Origin: Alphaproteobacteria bacterium
GTDB lineage: Bacteria > Pseudomonadota > Alphaproteobacteria > GCA-2731375
Direction of reading: 5' to 3'
Assembly: GCA_965232515.1 (NCBI GenBank)
Contig: CBDDPY010000002.1
Coordinates: 1,344,001 to 1,408,000, forward strand
DNA: 64,000 nt
In this document: piece by piece, positions 26,593 to 36,430 of the stretch
How positions within the stretch are numbered: position 1 is the stretch's first letter
How the letters are laid out: the number at the start of each line of letters is the position of its first letter
Position numbers and translations under genes: made by a program
Notes under the pieces: model-generated
Seen by the model: the letters and a program-made list of their open reading frames with translations, nothing else
Told to the model about the DNA's origin: nothing
Databases searched by the model: none

Positions 26593-27948
26593 GTGACGAA
26601 ACCGGAAACGGATCCGAACGGCGGGCCGGATATTGCCGGCGGCCGGCTGGCCGACGTGGACTATGCGCAGAACTTCGCCGATGTGCATCCGCCGCTGGCG
26701 CCGGCGGCGGCGATGGTCGAGGCGAACCGCTGTTATTTCTGCCATGACGCGCCGTGCATCGAGGCCTGCCCGACCGAGATCGACATTCCGGGCTTCATCC
26801 GCAAGATCAAGACCGGCAACGTCGCCGGCGCCGCGAAAACGATCCTGGAGCAGAACATCTTCGGCGGCGCCTGTGCCCGTGTCTGTCCGACGGAGGTGCT
26901 GTGCGAGCAGGCCTGCGTACGCACGACGCAGGAAAACACACCGGTGACCATCGGCCTGCTCCAGCGCTTCGCCACTGATCATCTGATGGCCAACGACGCG
27001 CAGCCGTTCGCACGCGCACCCTCGACGGGCAAGAAGGCGGCTGTTGTCGGCGGCGGCCCGGCCGGCCTCGCCTGCGCGCATCGTCTCGCGATGCTGGGCC
27101 ACGACAGCGTCGTCTTCGAGGCGCGCGACAAGGCGGCCGGGCTGAACGAATACGGCATCGCCGCCTACAAGGTGCCGGATGGTTTCGCGCAGACCGAGCT
27201 GGATTTCATCACCGGCATCGGCGGCATCGAGATCCGCTGTGGCCAGGCGCTGGGCCGGGACGTGACGCTGGGCGAGCTGCAGCAGGACTTCGACGCCGTG
27301 TTCCTGGGGCTCGGCCAGGCCGGCGTACGGGCGCTCGGCCAGGCCGGCGAAGATCTGGACGGCGTGCACGACGCGGTCGGCTACATCGCCGACCTGCGGC
27401 AGGCCGACGACCTGGCGGCGCTGCCGGTCGGCCGGCGCGTGGTGGTGATCGGCGGCGGCAATACCGCCATCGACATCGCCGTGCAATCGAAGCGTCTCGG
27501 CGCTGAGGACGTCACGATGGTCTACCGCCGCGGGCCCGAGCAGATGGGCGCGACGCCGCACGAACAGGAGTTCGCACAGACGAACGGCGTCAAGATCAAG
27601 CATTGGGCGCAACCGGTGCGCCTCGAGGGCGCCAACGGCCATGTTGCGATGGCCGTGTTCGAGTACACGCGGTTGGACGACGGCGGCAAGCTGTTCGGCA
27701 CCGGCGACCTGCTGGAGATCCCCTGCGACGTCGTGTTCAAGGCGATCGGCCAGCAGTTCGTCCCGGTCTGCAGCGAAGATGCGCTTGAAATCGCCAAGGG
27801 CCGGATCGCCGTCGACGCCGAGATGCGCACGTCGTTGCCGAACGTCTGGGCCGGCGGCGATTGCGTCGCGGGCGAGGATCTGACCGTGCAGGCCGTGCAG
27901 GACGGCAAGGTCGCGGCGCAATCCATCGATCGGTATTTGCGAGGATAG
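26593..27948 (+). CDS. preT: Dihydropyrimidine dehydrogenase subunit A
   Basis: CYFCHDAPCIEACP, CARVCP...CEQAC, GGGPAG, GGGNTAID. Adjacent to preA. Confidence 0.92.
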   Translation: MTKPETDPNGGPDIAGGRLADVDYAQNFADVHPPLAPAAAMVEANRCYFCHDAPCIEACPTEIDIPGFIRKIKTGNVAGAAKTILEQNIFGGACARVCPTEVLCEQACVRTTQENTPVTIGLLQRFATDHLMANDAQPFARAPSTGKKAAVVGGGPAGLACAHRLAMLGHDSVVFEARDKAAGLNEYGIAAYKVPDGFAQTELDFITGIGGIEIRCGQALGRDVTLGELQQDFDAVFLGLGQAGVRALGQAGEDLDGVHDAVGYIADLRQADDLAALPVGRRVVVIGGGNTAIDIAVQSKRLGAEDVTMVYRRGPEQMGATPHEQEFAQTNGVKIKHWAQPVRLEGANGHVAMAVFEYTRLDDGGKLFGTGDLLEIPCDVVFKAIGQQFVPVCSEDALEIAKGRIAVDAEMRTSLPNVWAGGDCVAGEDLTVQAVQDGKVAAQSIDRYLRG

Positions 27949-27978
27949 CGGGCACCACGCCACAAGGGAGATAACGAG

Positions 27979-29250
27979 ATGGCCGATCTTCGGTGTGAGA
28001 TTGCCGGTGTGAAATCGCCGAACCCGTTCTGGCTGGCCTCGGCGCCGCCAACGGACAAGAAATACAACGTCGAGCGCGCCTTCAAGGCGGGCTGGGGCGG
28101 CGCGGTCTGGAAGACGCTGGGCGAGGACCCGCCGATCGTCAACGTCTCCTCGCGCTATGGGGCTGTGAGCCTGAACGGCCAGCGCGTCGCGGGCTTCAAC
28201 AATATCGAGCTGATCACCGACCGGCCACTGCACGTGAATTTGCAGGAGATCAAGGAGCTGAAGCGCGACTGGCCTGACCGGGCCATCGTCGTCTCGCTGA
28301 TGGTGCCGTGCGAGGAGGCGAACTGGCGGGCGATCATCGAGCAGGTAGCAGAGACCGGCGCCGACGGTATCGAGCTGAACTTCGGGTGTCCGCACGGCAT
28401 GTCGGAGCGCGGCATGGGTTCGGCCGTCGGCCAGGTGCCGGACTACGTGGACATGGTGACGCGCTGGTGCCGGACGCATACGCGCATGCCGGTCTTCGTC
28501 AAGCTGACGCCGAACATCACCAACATCCTCGGTCCCGCGCGGGCTGCGAAGGCGGGCGGGGCGGATGCCGTGTCGCTGATCAACACCATTACCTCGATCG
28601 TCTCGGTCGACCTCGACAACATGGCGCCGGAGCCGACGGTCGACGGCAAGGGCACGGCCGGCGGCTATTGCGGCCCGGCCGTGAAGCCGATCGCGCTGCA
28701 CATGGTGGCGACCATTGCCCGCGACCCGGAATGCCGGGGCCTGCCGATCTCGGGCATCGGCGGCATCGAGACCTGGCGCGACGCGGCCGAGTTCATCGCG
28801 CTCGGCGCCGGCTCGGTGCAGGTCTGCACGGCGGTGATGCACTACGGCTTCAAGATCGTCGACGACATGATCGACGGCCTGTCGAACTGGATGGATGAGA
28901 AGGGCTATCGAACGCTTGACGATTTCCGCGGCCTCGCCGTGCCGAACGTGGTCGACTGGCAGGACCTGAACATGAACTACGAGACCGTGGCCCGCATCGA
29001 CCAGGACCTCTGCATCAAGTGCGGTCTCTGCCACATCGCCTGCGAGGACACCTCGCACCAGGCGATCACGGCGCGGGCGAACGGCGAGCGGCGCTATGAA
29101 GTGATCGACGCGGAATGCGTCGGCTGCAACCTGTGCCAACATGTCTGTCCGGTCGACGGCTGCATCGACATGGTCGCGGTCGACAACGGCAAACCGTATG
29201 TGAACTGGACCCAGGACCCGCGCAATCCGATGCGCCAGGCCGCCGAGTAA
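27979..29250 (+). CDS. preA: Dihydropyrimidine dehydrogenase subunit B
   Basis: NPFWLASAPPTD, NFGCPHGMSERGMG, GGYCGPAVKP, two C-terminal 4Fe-4S motifs. Confidence 0.95.
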   Translation: MADLRCEIAGVKSPNPFWLASAPPTDKKYNVERAFKAGWGGAVWKTLGEDPPIVNVSSRYGAVSLNGQRVAGFNNIELITDRPLHVNLQEIKELKRDWPDRAIVVSLMVPCEEANWRAIIEQVAETGADGIELNFGCPHGMSERGMGSAVGQVPDYVDMVTRWCRTHTRMPVFVKLTPNITNILGPARAAKAGGADAVSLINTITSIVSVDLDNMAPEPTVDGKGTAGGYCGPAVKPIALHMVATIARDPECRGLPISGIGGIETWRDAAEFIALGAGSVQVCTAVMHYGFKIVDDMIDGLSNWMDEKGYRTLDDFRGLAVPNVVDWQDLNMNYETVARIDQDLCIKCGLCHIACEDTSHQAITARANGERRYEVIDAECVGCNLCQHVCPVDGCIDMVAVDNGKPYVNWTQDPRNPMRQAAE

Positions 29251-29269
29251 ACCTGGGAGGGGTAGGGGA

Positions 29270-30118
29270 GTGCCGGATACATTGACGCAAGACCGCCTGC
29301 CGCCCGCGGACGCGCTGGCGATCAGTCCGAACGCGCGGCGGCTGACAGCAGCGGAAAAGAGGCAGTTCGAGGAATGGGGCTATATCAAGAACCTGCCGGT
29401 GTTCGATACAGCCGCGCTGGCGGACCTACAGGCCCGCTTCGAGGAGCTCGCCGCGCGGCTGCCCGACGGCGTCGACATCAACCAGACCAACATGTGGCAG
29501 AAAGCGAGCCCCTGGTTCCACGCCTTCTGCCGCACGCCGGCCATTCTGGACTATGTAGAGGACCTGATCGGGCCGGATTTCTATCAGTGGAGCGGGCAGT
29601 TCTTCGTCAAGTATCCGGGCGACGGCACGGTCGTTCCCTGGCACCAGGATGCGCAGTACTGGCCACTGAAGCCGAGCCGGACGGTCAGCGTCTGGCTGGC
29701 GATTTACGATTCGGACGAGGAGAATGCCGCCATGCAGGTGGTGCGCGGCAGTCATCGCCTGGGCGACCTGGCCCATCACGAGGTCAGCGGCGACAAATAC
29801 GTGCTGGAGCAGGAGGTCGACGCCGATCTGATCGACCAGGCGAATGTCGTCACGCTGGACCTCAAGGCCGGCGAGATTTCGCTGCATGACGACGGCCTGC
29901 TGCACGGCTCGGGCCCGAACAACTCGGACCGGGTCCGCTGCGGCATGACCATGCGCTTCAGCCCGACCGAGGTGAAATGCGACCTCAGCGTCTGGCCGAA
30001 CTTCGAGGCCTATATGGCGCGCGGCATCGACCGCTACGGCCATAACCCGCACGGCAAGCTGCCGACGCAGGAGGGCGCGCCGGTGCGCAAGTTCCAGCAC
30101 TCTTCGGAGTTCGTTTAG
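29270..30118 (+). CDS. PhyH-family Fe(II)/2-oxoglutarate dioxygenase
   Basis: PWHQDAQYW, HGSGPNNSDRVR. Confidence 0.9.
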   Translation: MPDTLTQDRLPPADALAISPNARRLTAAEKRQFEEWGYIKNLPVFDTAALADLQARFEELAARLPDGVDINQTNMWQKASPWFHAFCRTPAILDYVEDLIGPDFYQWSGQFFVKYPGDGTVVPWHQDAQYWPLKPSRTVSVWLAIYDSDEENAAMQVVRGSHRLGDLAHHEVSGDKYVLEQEVDADLIDQANVVTLDLKAGEISLHDDGLLHGSGPNNSDRVRCGMTMRFSPTEVKCDLSVWPNFEAYMARGIDRYGHNPHGKLPTQEGAPVRKFQHSSEFV

Positions 30119-30139
30119 GCGTCAACCTCCTTCACCGAG

Positions 30140-30169
30140 GTCATGCCCGGACTTGATCCGGGCGTCCAC
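30140..30169. repeat. Alphaproteobacterial REP-like palindrome
   Basis: GTCATGCCCGGACTTGATCCGGGCGTCCAC, intergenic. Confidence 0.6.
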
Positions 30170-30237
30170 CTGCTTCGGCCGATGCCCCCGTCGCGCCCGT
30201 TCTCCGCCCGGCGATGACAAATATTGTTGCCTTTTCC

Positions 30238-30288
30238 TTGACAAACATTCCAAGGAATATTATTTCCTCAGATACATTCTTTGGAATG
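30238..30288 (+). promoter_or_regulatory. Promoter with two palindromic operators
   Basis: TTGACA at 30238; CATTCCAAGGAATA (30246) and CATTCTTTGGAATG (30275). Confidence 0.6.
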
Positions 30289-30304
30289 CAAATAGGAGCG
30301 GGAC

Positions 30305-31459
30305 ATGAACAGGCGGCGGTTTATTCGGGTGATCGGGGCCGGCGGCGTGGTGGTCGCGGGATCGGCGGTCGGCCTGACGCAGTGCGATCAGATGCCGGCG
30401 GAAGCCATCGCCGGCTGGGACGGGCCGGGCGGGTCTGAGAGCGAGCCGCGCCGATGGGCGCTGGCGCACGCGATCCTGGCGCCGAATCCGCACAATATGC
30501 AGTCTTGGATCGCCGACATCGGCGAACCCGAGACGATTACGCTGCTGGTCGACCGCGAACGGCTGTTGCCGGAAACGGACCCGTTCGGCCGGCAGATCGT
30601 CATCGGCTGCGGTTGTTTTTTGGAGCTGCTGGTCATGGCGCTGGCCGAACGCGGCTATGCCGCCGATGTTCAGATGTTTCCCGACGGCGGCGGCGAGGTG
30701 GGCTCCGATCTGTCGGAACCGTTCGCCCGTATCAAATTGCGCGAGGCGACCGGCGTGGCGCGCGATCCGCTGTTCCGGCAGATCCCGCTGCGACGCTCGA
30801 ACAAGGAGCCCTATGACGCCGAAAAGCCGTTGACATCGGCACATGCCGCCACGCTCGCCGGGTCCTACGACGCGAACGAAATTCCATTGCACTTCACGGA
30901 GGCGCCGGCCAACCTTGAACGCATTCGCGACATCGCTGCGCGCGCGGTGATGCTCGAAATGGAGACGCCGCGGACCCACAAGGAAAGCATCGATCGCGTG
31001 CGGATCGGCGCCGACGCCATCGCCGAACACCGCGACGGCATCGACCTGAACGGCCCGATGTTCTGGTGGATGAACAGGCTGGGGCTGATCACGCCCGAAA
31101 CCATGACCACGCCCGGCACCATGGCCTGGCAGGGCGGCATCGACTATGCGATGGGCTGGCTGAACGGTACGCCGAGCTATGGCTGGATGACGACAGCCAC
31201 CAATGATCGGGCGACGCAGGTCGCCGTCGGCCGGGCCTATGTGCGGCTGAACCTGCAGGCGACGGCGTTGGGCGTGGGCATGCACCCGAACAGCCAAGCA
31301 TTGCAGGAATACCCCGAGATGGCGACACTGCAGCGGGAACTTCTCGACGCCACCGGTACGGCGGAGGGGCATACCCTGCAGATGCTGTTCCGGCTGGGCT
31401 ATGCGCCCCCGCCGCCGCCATCGCCGCGCCGGGCGCCGGACGACATCATGAGGACGTAA
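30305..31459 (+). CDS. Tat-exported Acg-family nitroreductase-like protein
   Basis: MNRRRFI; LAPNPHNMQSW; LPETDPFGRQ; FRLGY. Confidence 0.85.
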   Translation: MNRRRFIRVIGAGGVVVAGSAVGLTQCDQMPAEAIAGWDGPGGSESEPRRWALAHAILAPNPHNMQSWIADIGEPETITLLVDRERLLPETDPFGRQIVIGCGCFLELLVMALAERGYAADVQMFPDGGGEVGSDLSEPFARIKLREATGVARDPLFRQIPLRRSNKEPYDAEKPLTSAHAATLAGSYDANEIPLHFTEAPANLERIRDIAARAVMLEMETPRTHKESIDRVRIGADAIAEHRDGIDLNGPMFWWMNRLGLITPETMTTPGTMAWQGGIDYAMGWLNGTPSYGWMTTATNDRATQVAVGRAYVRLNLQATALGVGMHPNSQALQEYPEMATLQRELLDATGTAEGHTLQMLFRLGYAPPPPPSPRRAPDDIMRT

Positions 31460-31471
31460 AGGGACGGCTAT

Positions 31472-31957
31472 ATGCGCGGGCAGGCAGCGGAAGCGACAAG
31501 ATCGGCAGCGACCGAAGCGGATACGCGCTTCCGCGTGCTGAACTGGATCGGCATCATCAACCAGCTGTCGTCGACGCTGGCGAACCACATGCTGGAACCG
31601 CTCGACCTGCCGCTGCCGCAATTCACTCTGCTGAACCACTTCAGCCACCGGCCGAAGGAGGGCAAGACCATCACCGGCATTGCCCGCGCCATGCAGCAGC
31701 TGCAACCGGGCATCAGCAAGACGGTGCAGAAGCTGATCGCCAAGGGCTATCTGGAATGGCGGCCGAACCCCGAAGACGGCCGCTCGAAGCTGTTGTTCCT
31801 GACGCCGGCCGGCCGGCGCGTGCATGCCGGCGCGGTGGCGATGATGGGCGAGGCGCTGGCCGGGCCGTTCGAGGGCTGGACACAGACCGAGCTGGAAGAG
31901 CTGTTCACGCAGCTCGACCGGCTGAAAATCTGGCTCGACGACAACCGGCCGGCTTAG
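31472..31957 (+). CDS. MarR family regulator
   Basis: ISKTVQKLIAKGY...EDGRSKLLFLTPAG. Confidence 0.9.
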   Translation: MRGQAAEATRSAATEADTRFRVLNWIGIINQLSSTLANHMLEPLDLPLPQFTLLNHFSHRPKEGKTITGIARAMQQLQPGISKTVQKLIAKGYLEWRPNPEDGRSKLLFLTPAGRRVHAGAVAMMGEALAGPFEGWTQTELEELFTQLDRLKIWLDDNRPA

Positions 31958-32895
31958 GCCGCGCCTCTCAACGCGACGATCTTCGGCCAAAACAGCTCGA
32001 CCAGGACCGAGCCCAGGATCACCGCCATGGCGCCGATCTGGAAGACGGTGATGGGCTGGCTGAGGATCAGCAGCGCCAGAACGGCGGCGATCACCGGCTT
32101 CAGGAAGAACAGATAGCTGCCGCGGGTGATGTCGGGCACGGCGGCAAGGCCGGCAAGCCAGATGATCTGGGTGATCGTCGTGTTCCAGATACCGATGGTC
32201 AGCAGCGACCAGCTCTCACGCGGGGCGCGGTCGAACAGCGTGGTCGGATCGATCCACTTGCCCCACCAAAAACCGACCACCAGCCAGAGCGCGACGGCGC
32301 CGATGGTCATGGTCACGGTGATGATGCGGATGGCGCCGAATTCGTTGATCAGCGGTTTCGACAGCACCATGTAGGCCGAGATCATGGCCGAACTCACCAT
32401 CACCATCAGCATCCCGACCAGCGACGTCGAGCTGCCGGCAAGGCGCGCTATGTAGCCGTCGGTCACCAGGAGCGCGACGCCGGCGAAGGCGCAAAGGCCG
32501 CTGATGATCTTCGGCGCCGTGAACGGCACTCGGTTCAGCACCAGATTGAGCAGGCCGACGAAGATCGGCGAGACGGTGACCAATGTGGCGACCTGGATCA
32601 CCGTGGCGAAGTCCAACGCCACATGGAACAGCAGATAAGGGATCGACACGCCGAGCAGCGACAGCAGCAGGATCCGGAGGCCATGCGTCCTGAGCGGCGC
32701 CAGCAGGTCGCGGCTTGCCGGCAGCACCAGCGCCCAGACCAGCATGCCCGCCGCGCCCAGCACATAGCGCCAGACCGACACCTCGGCCCCGGCCACGCCC
32801 GAGTAGACGGCAACGAACTCGCTGGAACCATGGCCCAGCACACCGACGAAAACGGCCGCATAGGCGAGCGGGGCATGGCGGTGCAGAAGGGTCAC
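31954..32895 (-). CDS. DMT/EamA transporter
   Basis: About 10 TMs in two EamA repeats. Confidence 0.85.
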   Translation of the reverse strand: MTLLHRHAPLAYAAVFVGVLGHGSSEFVAVYSGVAGAEVSVWRYVLGAAGMLVWALVLPASRDLLAPLRTHGLRILLLSLLGVSIPYLLFHVALDFATVIQVATLVTVSPIFVGLLNLVLNRVPFTAPKIISGLCAFAGVALLVTDGYIARLAGSSTSLVGMLMVMVSSAMISAYMVLSKPLINEFGAIRIITVTMTIGAVALWLVVGFWWGKWIDPTTLFDRAPRESWSLLTIGIWNTTITQIIWLAGLAAVPDITRGSYLFFLKPVIAAVLALLILSQPITVFQIGAMAVILGSVLVELFWPKIVALRGAA

Positions 32896-33001
32896 AATGG
32901 CGATGTCCTGAACGAAGCGGTGGGTGGACCGAGGTTAGCCGCGCCGCGATCGACGCGCAAAGCCAACGAATGGCGGATGACGGCGCATGCGCGAATCATG
33001 C

Positions 33002-33017
33002 TTAATGCGACATTAAC
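33002..33017 (+). promoter_or_regulatory. CtrA-type box
   Basis: TTAA-tgcgaca-TTAAC upstream of the lytic transglycosylase. Confidence 0.6.
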
Positions 33018-33155
33018 GTCCATGTCCGACATTCGCGAATGTCTGGACCGGTCGAGGCTGACAGTGTCGATCGTCGGACAACGCAGCGTGATGCGACGGT
33101 CGTTGCCCGACGCAATGACGATGTGGCAGAAGGTGCGCGACAAGCAGGAGAGCAC

Positions 33156-34136
33156 ATGAACCGCCAACGCATTTTCAGCATGTTCGCCGCCGGCATTCTG
33201 TCGACCATCGCGTCGACGGCCATGGCCGAAACCCAGCCGTTCGGGCAGTGGCTCGACGAGCTTCGCGCCGAGGCCGCCGGCAAGGGTATCGGAAACGATG
33301 TGCTGGATACGGCGCTGCGCGATCTGGAGCCGATCCCACGGGTCATCGAGCTCGACCGCAAGCAGCCCGAGTTCACCCTGACGTTTCAGCAGTATATGGA
33401 CCGCGTCGTACCGCAGTCGCGGATCAACAAGGGCCGGCAGAAGCTGGCCGAGCATCGGGCGCTGTTGACGGAGGTCGGCAAGCGCTATGGCGTGCAGCCG
33501 CGCTTTATCGTCGCCCTGTGGGGTATCGAAACCGACTTCGGCCGGGTTACTGGCGGTTTTCCGGTCGTTGCCGCGCTGGCGACGCTGGCGCATGACGGCC
33601 GCCGCAGCAAATACTTCCGCGGCGAGTTGCTGAACGCCCTGCAGATCCTGCACGAAGGCCATATCAAGCACGACGCCATGATGGGGTCCTGGGCCGGAGC
33701 CATGGGCCAGAGCCAGTTCATGCCGTCGAGCTTCGTGCGCTTCGCCGTCGACTATGACGGCGACGGCCGCCGCGACATCTGGCAGACCCAGGCCGACGTG
33801 TTCGCGTCCGCCGCCAACTATCTCGCCCGCTCCGGCTGGAGGGACGATCAGACCTGGGGACGGAAAGTGCAGCTGCCGGCCGGGTTCGATCTGTCGTTGG
33901 CGGATCTGAAGATCCGCAAGCCATTGGCCGAATGGCAGGCGCTGGGCGTGCGGCGGGCGGACGGCAGCGATCTGCCGACCCGCCAGTTGCAGGCTTCGCT
34001 GGTGTTGCCGGCGGACGGCGCGGCGAGTCCCGCCTTCCTGGTCTACAACAACTACCGAACCACCTTGAAATGGAACCGGTCGACCTATTTCGCCATGGCG
34101 GTCGGCCATCTGTCGGACGCCATCGGCCGGCGGTAG
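33156..34136 (+). CDS. mltB: Lytic murein transglycosylase (MltB/Slt35 family)
   Basis: WGIETDFG, GSWAGAMGQSQFMPSS, WNRSTYFA. Confidence 0.9.
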   Translation: MNRQRIFSMFAAGILSTIASTAMAETQPFGQWLDELRAEAAGKGIGNDVLDTALRDLEPIPRVIELDRKQPEFTLTFQQYMDRVVPQSRINKGRQKLAEHRALLTEVGKRYGVQPRFIVALWGIETDFGRVTGGFPVVAALATLAHDGRRSKYFRGELLNALQILHEGHIKHDAMMGSWAGAMGQSQFMPSSFVRFAVDYDGDGRRDIWQTQADVFASAANYLARSGWRDDQTWGRKVQLPAGFDLSLADLKIRKPLAEWQALGVRRADGSDLPTRQLQASLVLPADGAASPAFLVYNNYRTTLKWNRSTYFAMAVGHLSDAIGRR

Positions 34137-34210
34137 GTACGGCGATTGCGGCCGAAGCGATGGGTCGGTAGGATACCAGATAGACCGTTCCGATTTCTCC
34201 CATACACAAT

Positions 34211-35176
34211 ATGAAGTGGAAAATGCGGTCAACTCGCGCTCTGCCCATCACCGTCGCCGGCCTGCTGCTGCTCGCGGGCTGCGCCGAAACGCAGCTGGTG
34301 GTGCATACGGCCAAGAAGATGCAGACCGGAACCCGGACGCCCGCCGTCACGACCGGCGTCTACAAGGTCGGCCAGCCCTATCAGATCAAGGGCATCTGGT
34401 ACTATCCACGGGAAGACCCGAACTACGATCAGACCGGCATCGCCTCGTGGTATGGCGACCCGTTTCACGGCCGGCGCACGGCCAACGGCGAAACCTACGA
34501 CATGAATGCGATGACGGCGGCGCACAAGACGCTGCCCATGCCGACCAAGGTCCGCGTCACCAATCTGGAAAACGGCCGGTCGCTAATTCTGCGGGTGAAC
34601 GACCGCGGCCCCTTCGTGAACGGCCGGATCATCGACGTGTCGCGCCGCGCCGCCGATCTGCTCGGTTTCGAGCGTCAGGGCACGGCGAAAGTCCGGGTCA
34701 CGGCCATCGAGGAGGGGCGGGACATCATCGCGCCCAAACCGGAAACGCCGCGTGAGATCAGAACGGCGCTGCCAGCGGTACCGCAGGGCGACGTGACGGT
34801 GCAGACGCTGGCGCCGCCGCCTGGCGTGAAGCAGGCGACAACCGTGGCGCCATCCGCAGCGCAGCCGACCCGACTGGCCGCCGTCGCGCCGCGCACCGAC
34901 GTGCCGATCACCGGCGTCGGCGAGGTGCTGCAACTGCCCGTCCAGCCGACCCGGATCTATGTGCAGGCCGGCGCCTTCCTGCAAGTGCAGAACGCGCATC
35001 GCCTGGCGGTGCGGCTGAACCGCGTCGGGCCGACCAAGGTGACGTCGGTGTTCGTCGACGATCAGGAATTCTTCCGCGTGCGGGTCGGGCCACTGACGGA
35101 CGTGCCCGCGGCCGACCGGACGCTGCAGCAGGTGCTGGCCTATGGCCAGAAGGACGCCAAGATCGTCGTCGACTGA
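34211..35176 (+). CDS. rlpA: Septal ring lytic transglycosylase lipoprotein with SPOR domain
   Basis: LLAGC, GIASWYG, TAAHKTLP, VNDRGPF, YVQAGAF. Confidence 0.93.
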   Translation: MKWKMRSTRALPITVAGLLLLAGCAETQLVVHTAKKMQTGTRTPAVTTGVYKVGQPYQIKGIWYYPREDPNYDQTGIASWYGDPFHGRRTANGETYDMNAMTAAHKTLPMPTKVRVTNLENGRSLILRVNDRGPFVNGRIIDVSRRAADLLGFERQGTAKVRVTAIEEGRDIIAPKPETPREIRTALPAVPQGDVTVQTLAPPPGVKQATTVAPSAAQPTRLAAVAPRTDVPITGVGEVLQLPVQPTRIYVQAGAFLQVQNAHRLAVRLNRVGPTKVTSVFVDDQEFFRVRVGPLTDVPAADRTLQQVLAYGQKDAKIVVD

Positions 35177-35275
35177 CCGGAGACAGCGACCGTCGCCATA
35201 ATTCCGGCAATTTTTGTCACTAATGCGCTCGCCGGTTGACCGTAATCCCATGCAAAATACCGACAGAGACATCCC

Positions 35276-36424
35276 ATGCGCTTACTGACCACCTTCGCCT
35301 ATGCCGCCGCCTTGATGCTTGCGGCCGGCCTGTCCGCTTCGCCCGTGATGGCACGGGACACGCCGGCCAAGCAGGCTATTCTGATCGACGTCGCGACGGG
35401 CTCGGTGCTGTTCTCCAAGAACGCCGACGAGCGGATGCCGCCGGCATCGATGTCGAAGCTGATGACGGCCTACATGGTGTTCGAACGGCTCGCCGACGGC
35501 CGGTTGTCGCTGGACGACGAGTTTCCGGTCAGCGAACGCGCCTGGCGCAAGGGCGGCTCGAAGATGTTCGTCGAGGTCGGCAAGCGGGTCAGTGTCGAGG
35601 ACCTGCTGCGCGGCATCATCGTCCAGTCCGGCAACGACGCCTGCATCGTCATCGCCGAGGGCCTGAGCGGCAGCGAGGAAGCCTTCGCCGAGGAAATGAC
35701 CAAGAAGGCGCGGGAAATCGGCCTGACGGACAGCAACTTCCGCAACGCCAGCGGCTGGCCGGACCCCGACCACTACATGTCGGCCCGCGATCTAGCCCGG
35801 CTCGCCATGCGGCTAGCGCAGGACTTTCCACAGTTCTATCCGATCTACTCGGAGAAGGAGTTTACCTTCGCCGGCATCAAGCAGGGCAACCGGAACCCGC
35901 TGTTGTACAAGAATATCGGCGCCGACGGCCTGAAGACCGGACATACGGAAGAGTCTGGCTACGGTCTGACGGCGTCGGCCGTGCGCGACGGCCGGCGCCT
36001 GGTGCTGGTGGTGAACGGACTGGAAAGCGTGACCCAGCGCGCCCGGGAATCCGAGCGCCTGCTGCAGTGGGGCTTTCGCGAGTTCAAGAACTATCCCCTG
36101 TTCAAGGCCGGTGAAACCGTGGCCGAGGCAAATGTCTGGCTGGGCAAGAACGGCAGCGTGCCGCTGTTGCTGGAATCGCCGCTGACCCTGACGCTGAGCC
36201 GCAAGGACCGTCAGGAGATGAACGTCACGGTCAACTACGACGGCCCGATCCCGGCTCCGATCGCCAAGGGCGCCCAGGTCGCGACCTTGCGGATCGCGGC
36301 GCCCGGCATGGAGGCGCCGGTCGAGCGGCCGCTGATCGCCGGCGCCGACATCGATCAGCTCGGCTTCGTCGGCCGGATCGGCGCCGCGTTGCAGCATCTG
36401 CTGCTGGGCGCGGCGTCGCAGTAG
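35276..36424 (+). CDS. dacA: D-alanyl-D-alanine carboxypeptidase
   Basis: SMSK, SGN, KTG motifs. Confidence 0.93.
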   Translation: MRLLTTFAYAAALMLAAGLSASPVMARDTPAKQAILIDVATGSVLFSKNADERMPPASMSKLMTAYMVFERLADGRLSLDDEFPVSERAWRKGGSKMFVEVGKRVSVEDLLRGIIVQSGNDACIVIAEGLSGSEEAFAEEMTKKAREIGLTDSNFRNASGWPDPDHYMSARDLARLAMRLAQDFPQFYPIYSEKEFTFAGIKQGNRNPLLYKNIGADGLKTGHTEESGYGLTASAVRDGRRLVLVVNGLESVTQRARESERLLQWGFREFKNYPLFKAGETVAEANVWLGKNGSVPLLLESPLTLTLSRKDRQEMNVTVNYDGPIPAPIAKGAQVATLRIAAPGMEAPVERPLIAGADIDQLGFVGRIGAALQHLLLGAASQ

Positions 36425-36430
36425 GCGCGA

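Noticed and set aside
26425-29142. 905-aa minus-strand ORF
   Set aside because: Antisense shadow of preT/preA, typical of high-GC DNA; no motifs.
30260-31990. 576-aa minus-strand ORF and similar long overlaps (2417-4099, 46251-47642, 51768-53285)
   Set aside because: All lie opposite well-supported genes and have Arg/Ala/Pro-rich shadow composition.
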